From: Malacoraja senta
Lineage: Eukaryota
DNA length: 64,000 bases
Assembly: GCA_038087875.1 (NCBI GenBank)
Contig: CM075997.1
Location: 4,528,001 to 4,592,000 of the forward strand
Reading direction: 5' to 3'
In this document: piece by piece, positions 63,351-64,000 of the stretch
How the letters are laid out: each line of letters begins with the position of its first letter
How positions within the stretch are numbered: position 1 is the stretch's first letter
Program-made: the position numbers and the translations under genes
The notes under the pieces: model-generated
What the model was told of the DNA's origin: nothing
The model's database searches: none
Seen by the model: the letters and a program-made list of their open reading frames with translations, nothing else

Positions 63351-64000
63351 TTGGTTTCTGTAAAGTGTCCCGGGTGTGGAGGATAGAACTGGTGAGAACG
63401 GGTGATTGCTGGTCAGCGCTGGCTTGGTGGGCCGAAGGGCCTGTTTCTCTAAACACTGTGTCTGGATTTACATCTGGCATGTCATGTACTATGCACGTAG
63501 CTTTAGAGGGCCAAATGCAGGCAGGTGGGACTAGTATAGAAGGGGTATGTATGTTGGTCGGTGTGGGCAAGATGGGCCGAAGGGCCTGTTTCCACACCGT
63601 TTCTCATAGTGATAGAGCATGGAAACAGGCCCTTCGGCCCATCTTGCCAACATGCCCCAGCTACACTAGTCCCACCTGCCTGCGCTCAGTCCATATCCCT
63701 CCAAACCTGTCCTATCCATGTACCTGTCCAACTGTTTCTTAAACTTTGCGATAGTCCCTGCCTCAACTACCTCCTCTGGCAGCTCGTTCTATACATAGAT
63801 GGAAATTCAACATTTAATACCATATCTTAAAGGTGTTTAAGAAAGAACTGCGGATGCTGGAAAAATCGATGGTAGACAAAAATGCTGGAGAAACTCAGCG
63901 GGTCAGGCAGCATCTATGGAGCGAAGGAATAGGTGACGTTTCGGGTCGAGACCCTTCTTCAGACTGACGTGGAGGTGGGGGGGGGGGGGGGCGGGAAGAA
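63351..64000 (+). repeat. Apparently exact duplicate of 49537-50186
   Basis: Same TE mosaic and junctions at offset 13814; ORFs 49747..50016 and 63561..63830 are identical. Confidence 0.95.

Overview
Eukaryotic, extremely repeat-rich, apparently non-coding (intronic or intergenic) DNA. The tRNA-derived SINE with a V-domain and a CR1-type 3' tail resembles the elasmobranch HE1 SINE, so the source is probably a cartilaginous fish such as a skate or ray (inference). No intact host protein-coding gene can be supported: nearly all ORFs in the track are fragments or antisense shadows of transposable elements or microsatellites. The window holds about 30 SINE copies; dozens of 5'-truncated CR1-clade LINE fragments from several subfamilies, two of which keep a decayed RT domain; Penelope-like GIY-YIG fragments and many short Penelope 3'-end units; Rex/Babar, L1, RTE and Hero-like fragments; a probable Helitron 5' end; and four internal types of PIF/Harbinger-like MITE sharing one TIR. 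It also has microsatellites, minisatellites, two 200-N gaps and an apparently exact duplication next to a gap. The most interesting signals are ribozyme-like RNA motifs carried by retroelements (a minimal hammerhead core in Penelope ends and HDV-like folds in RTE-type 5' ends), TSD-flanked fold-back Penelope units, and homology-guided, in-register nesting of elements. Family assignments are from recognition of motifs, not database searches, and boundaries were read by eye and are approximate.
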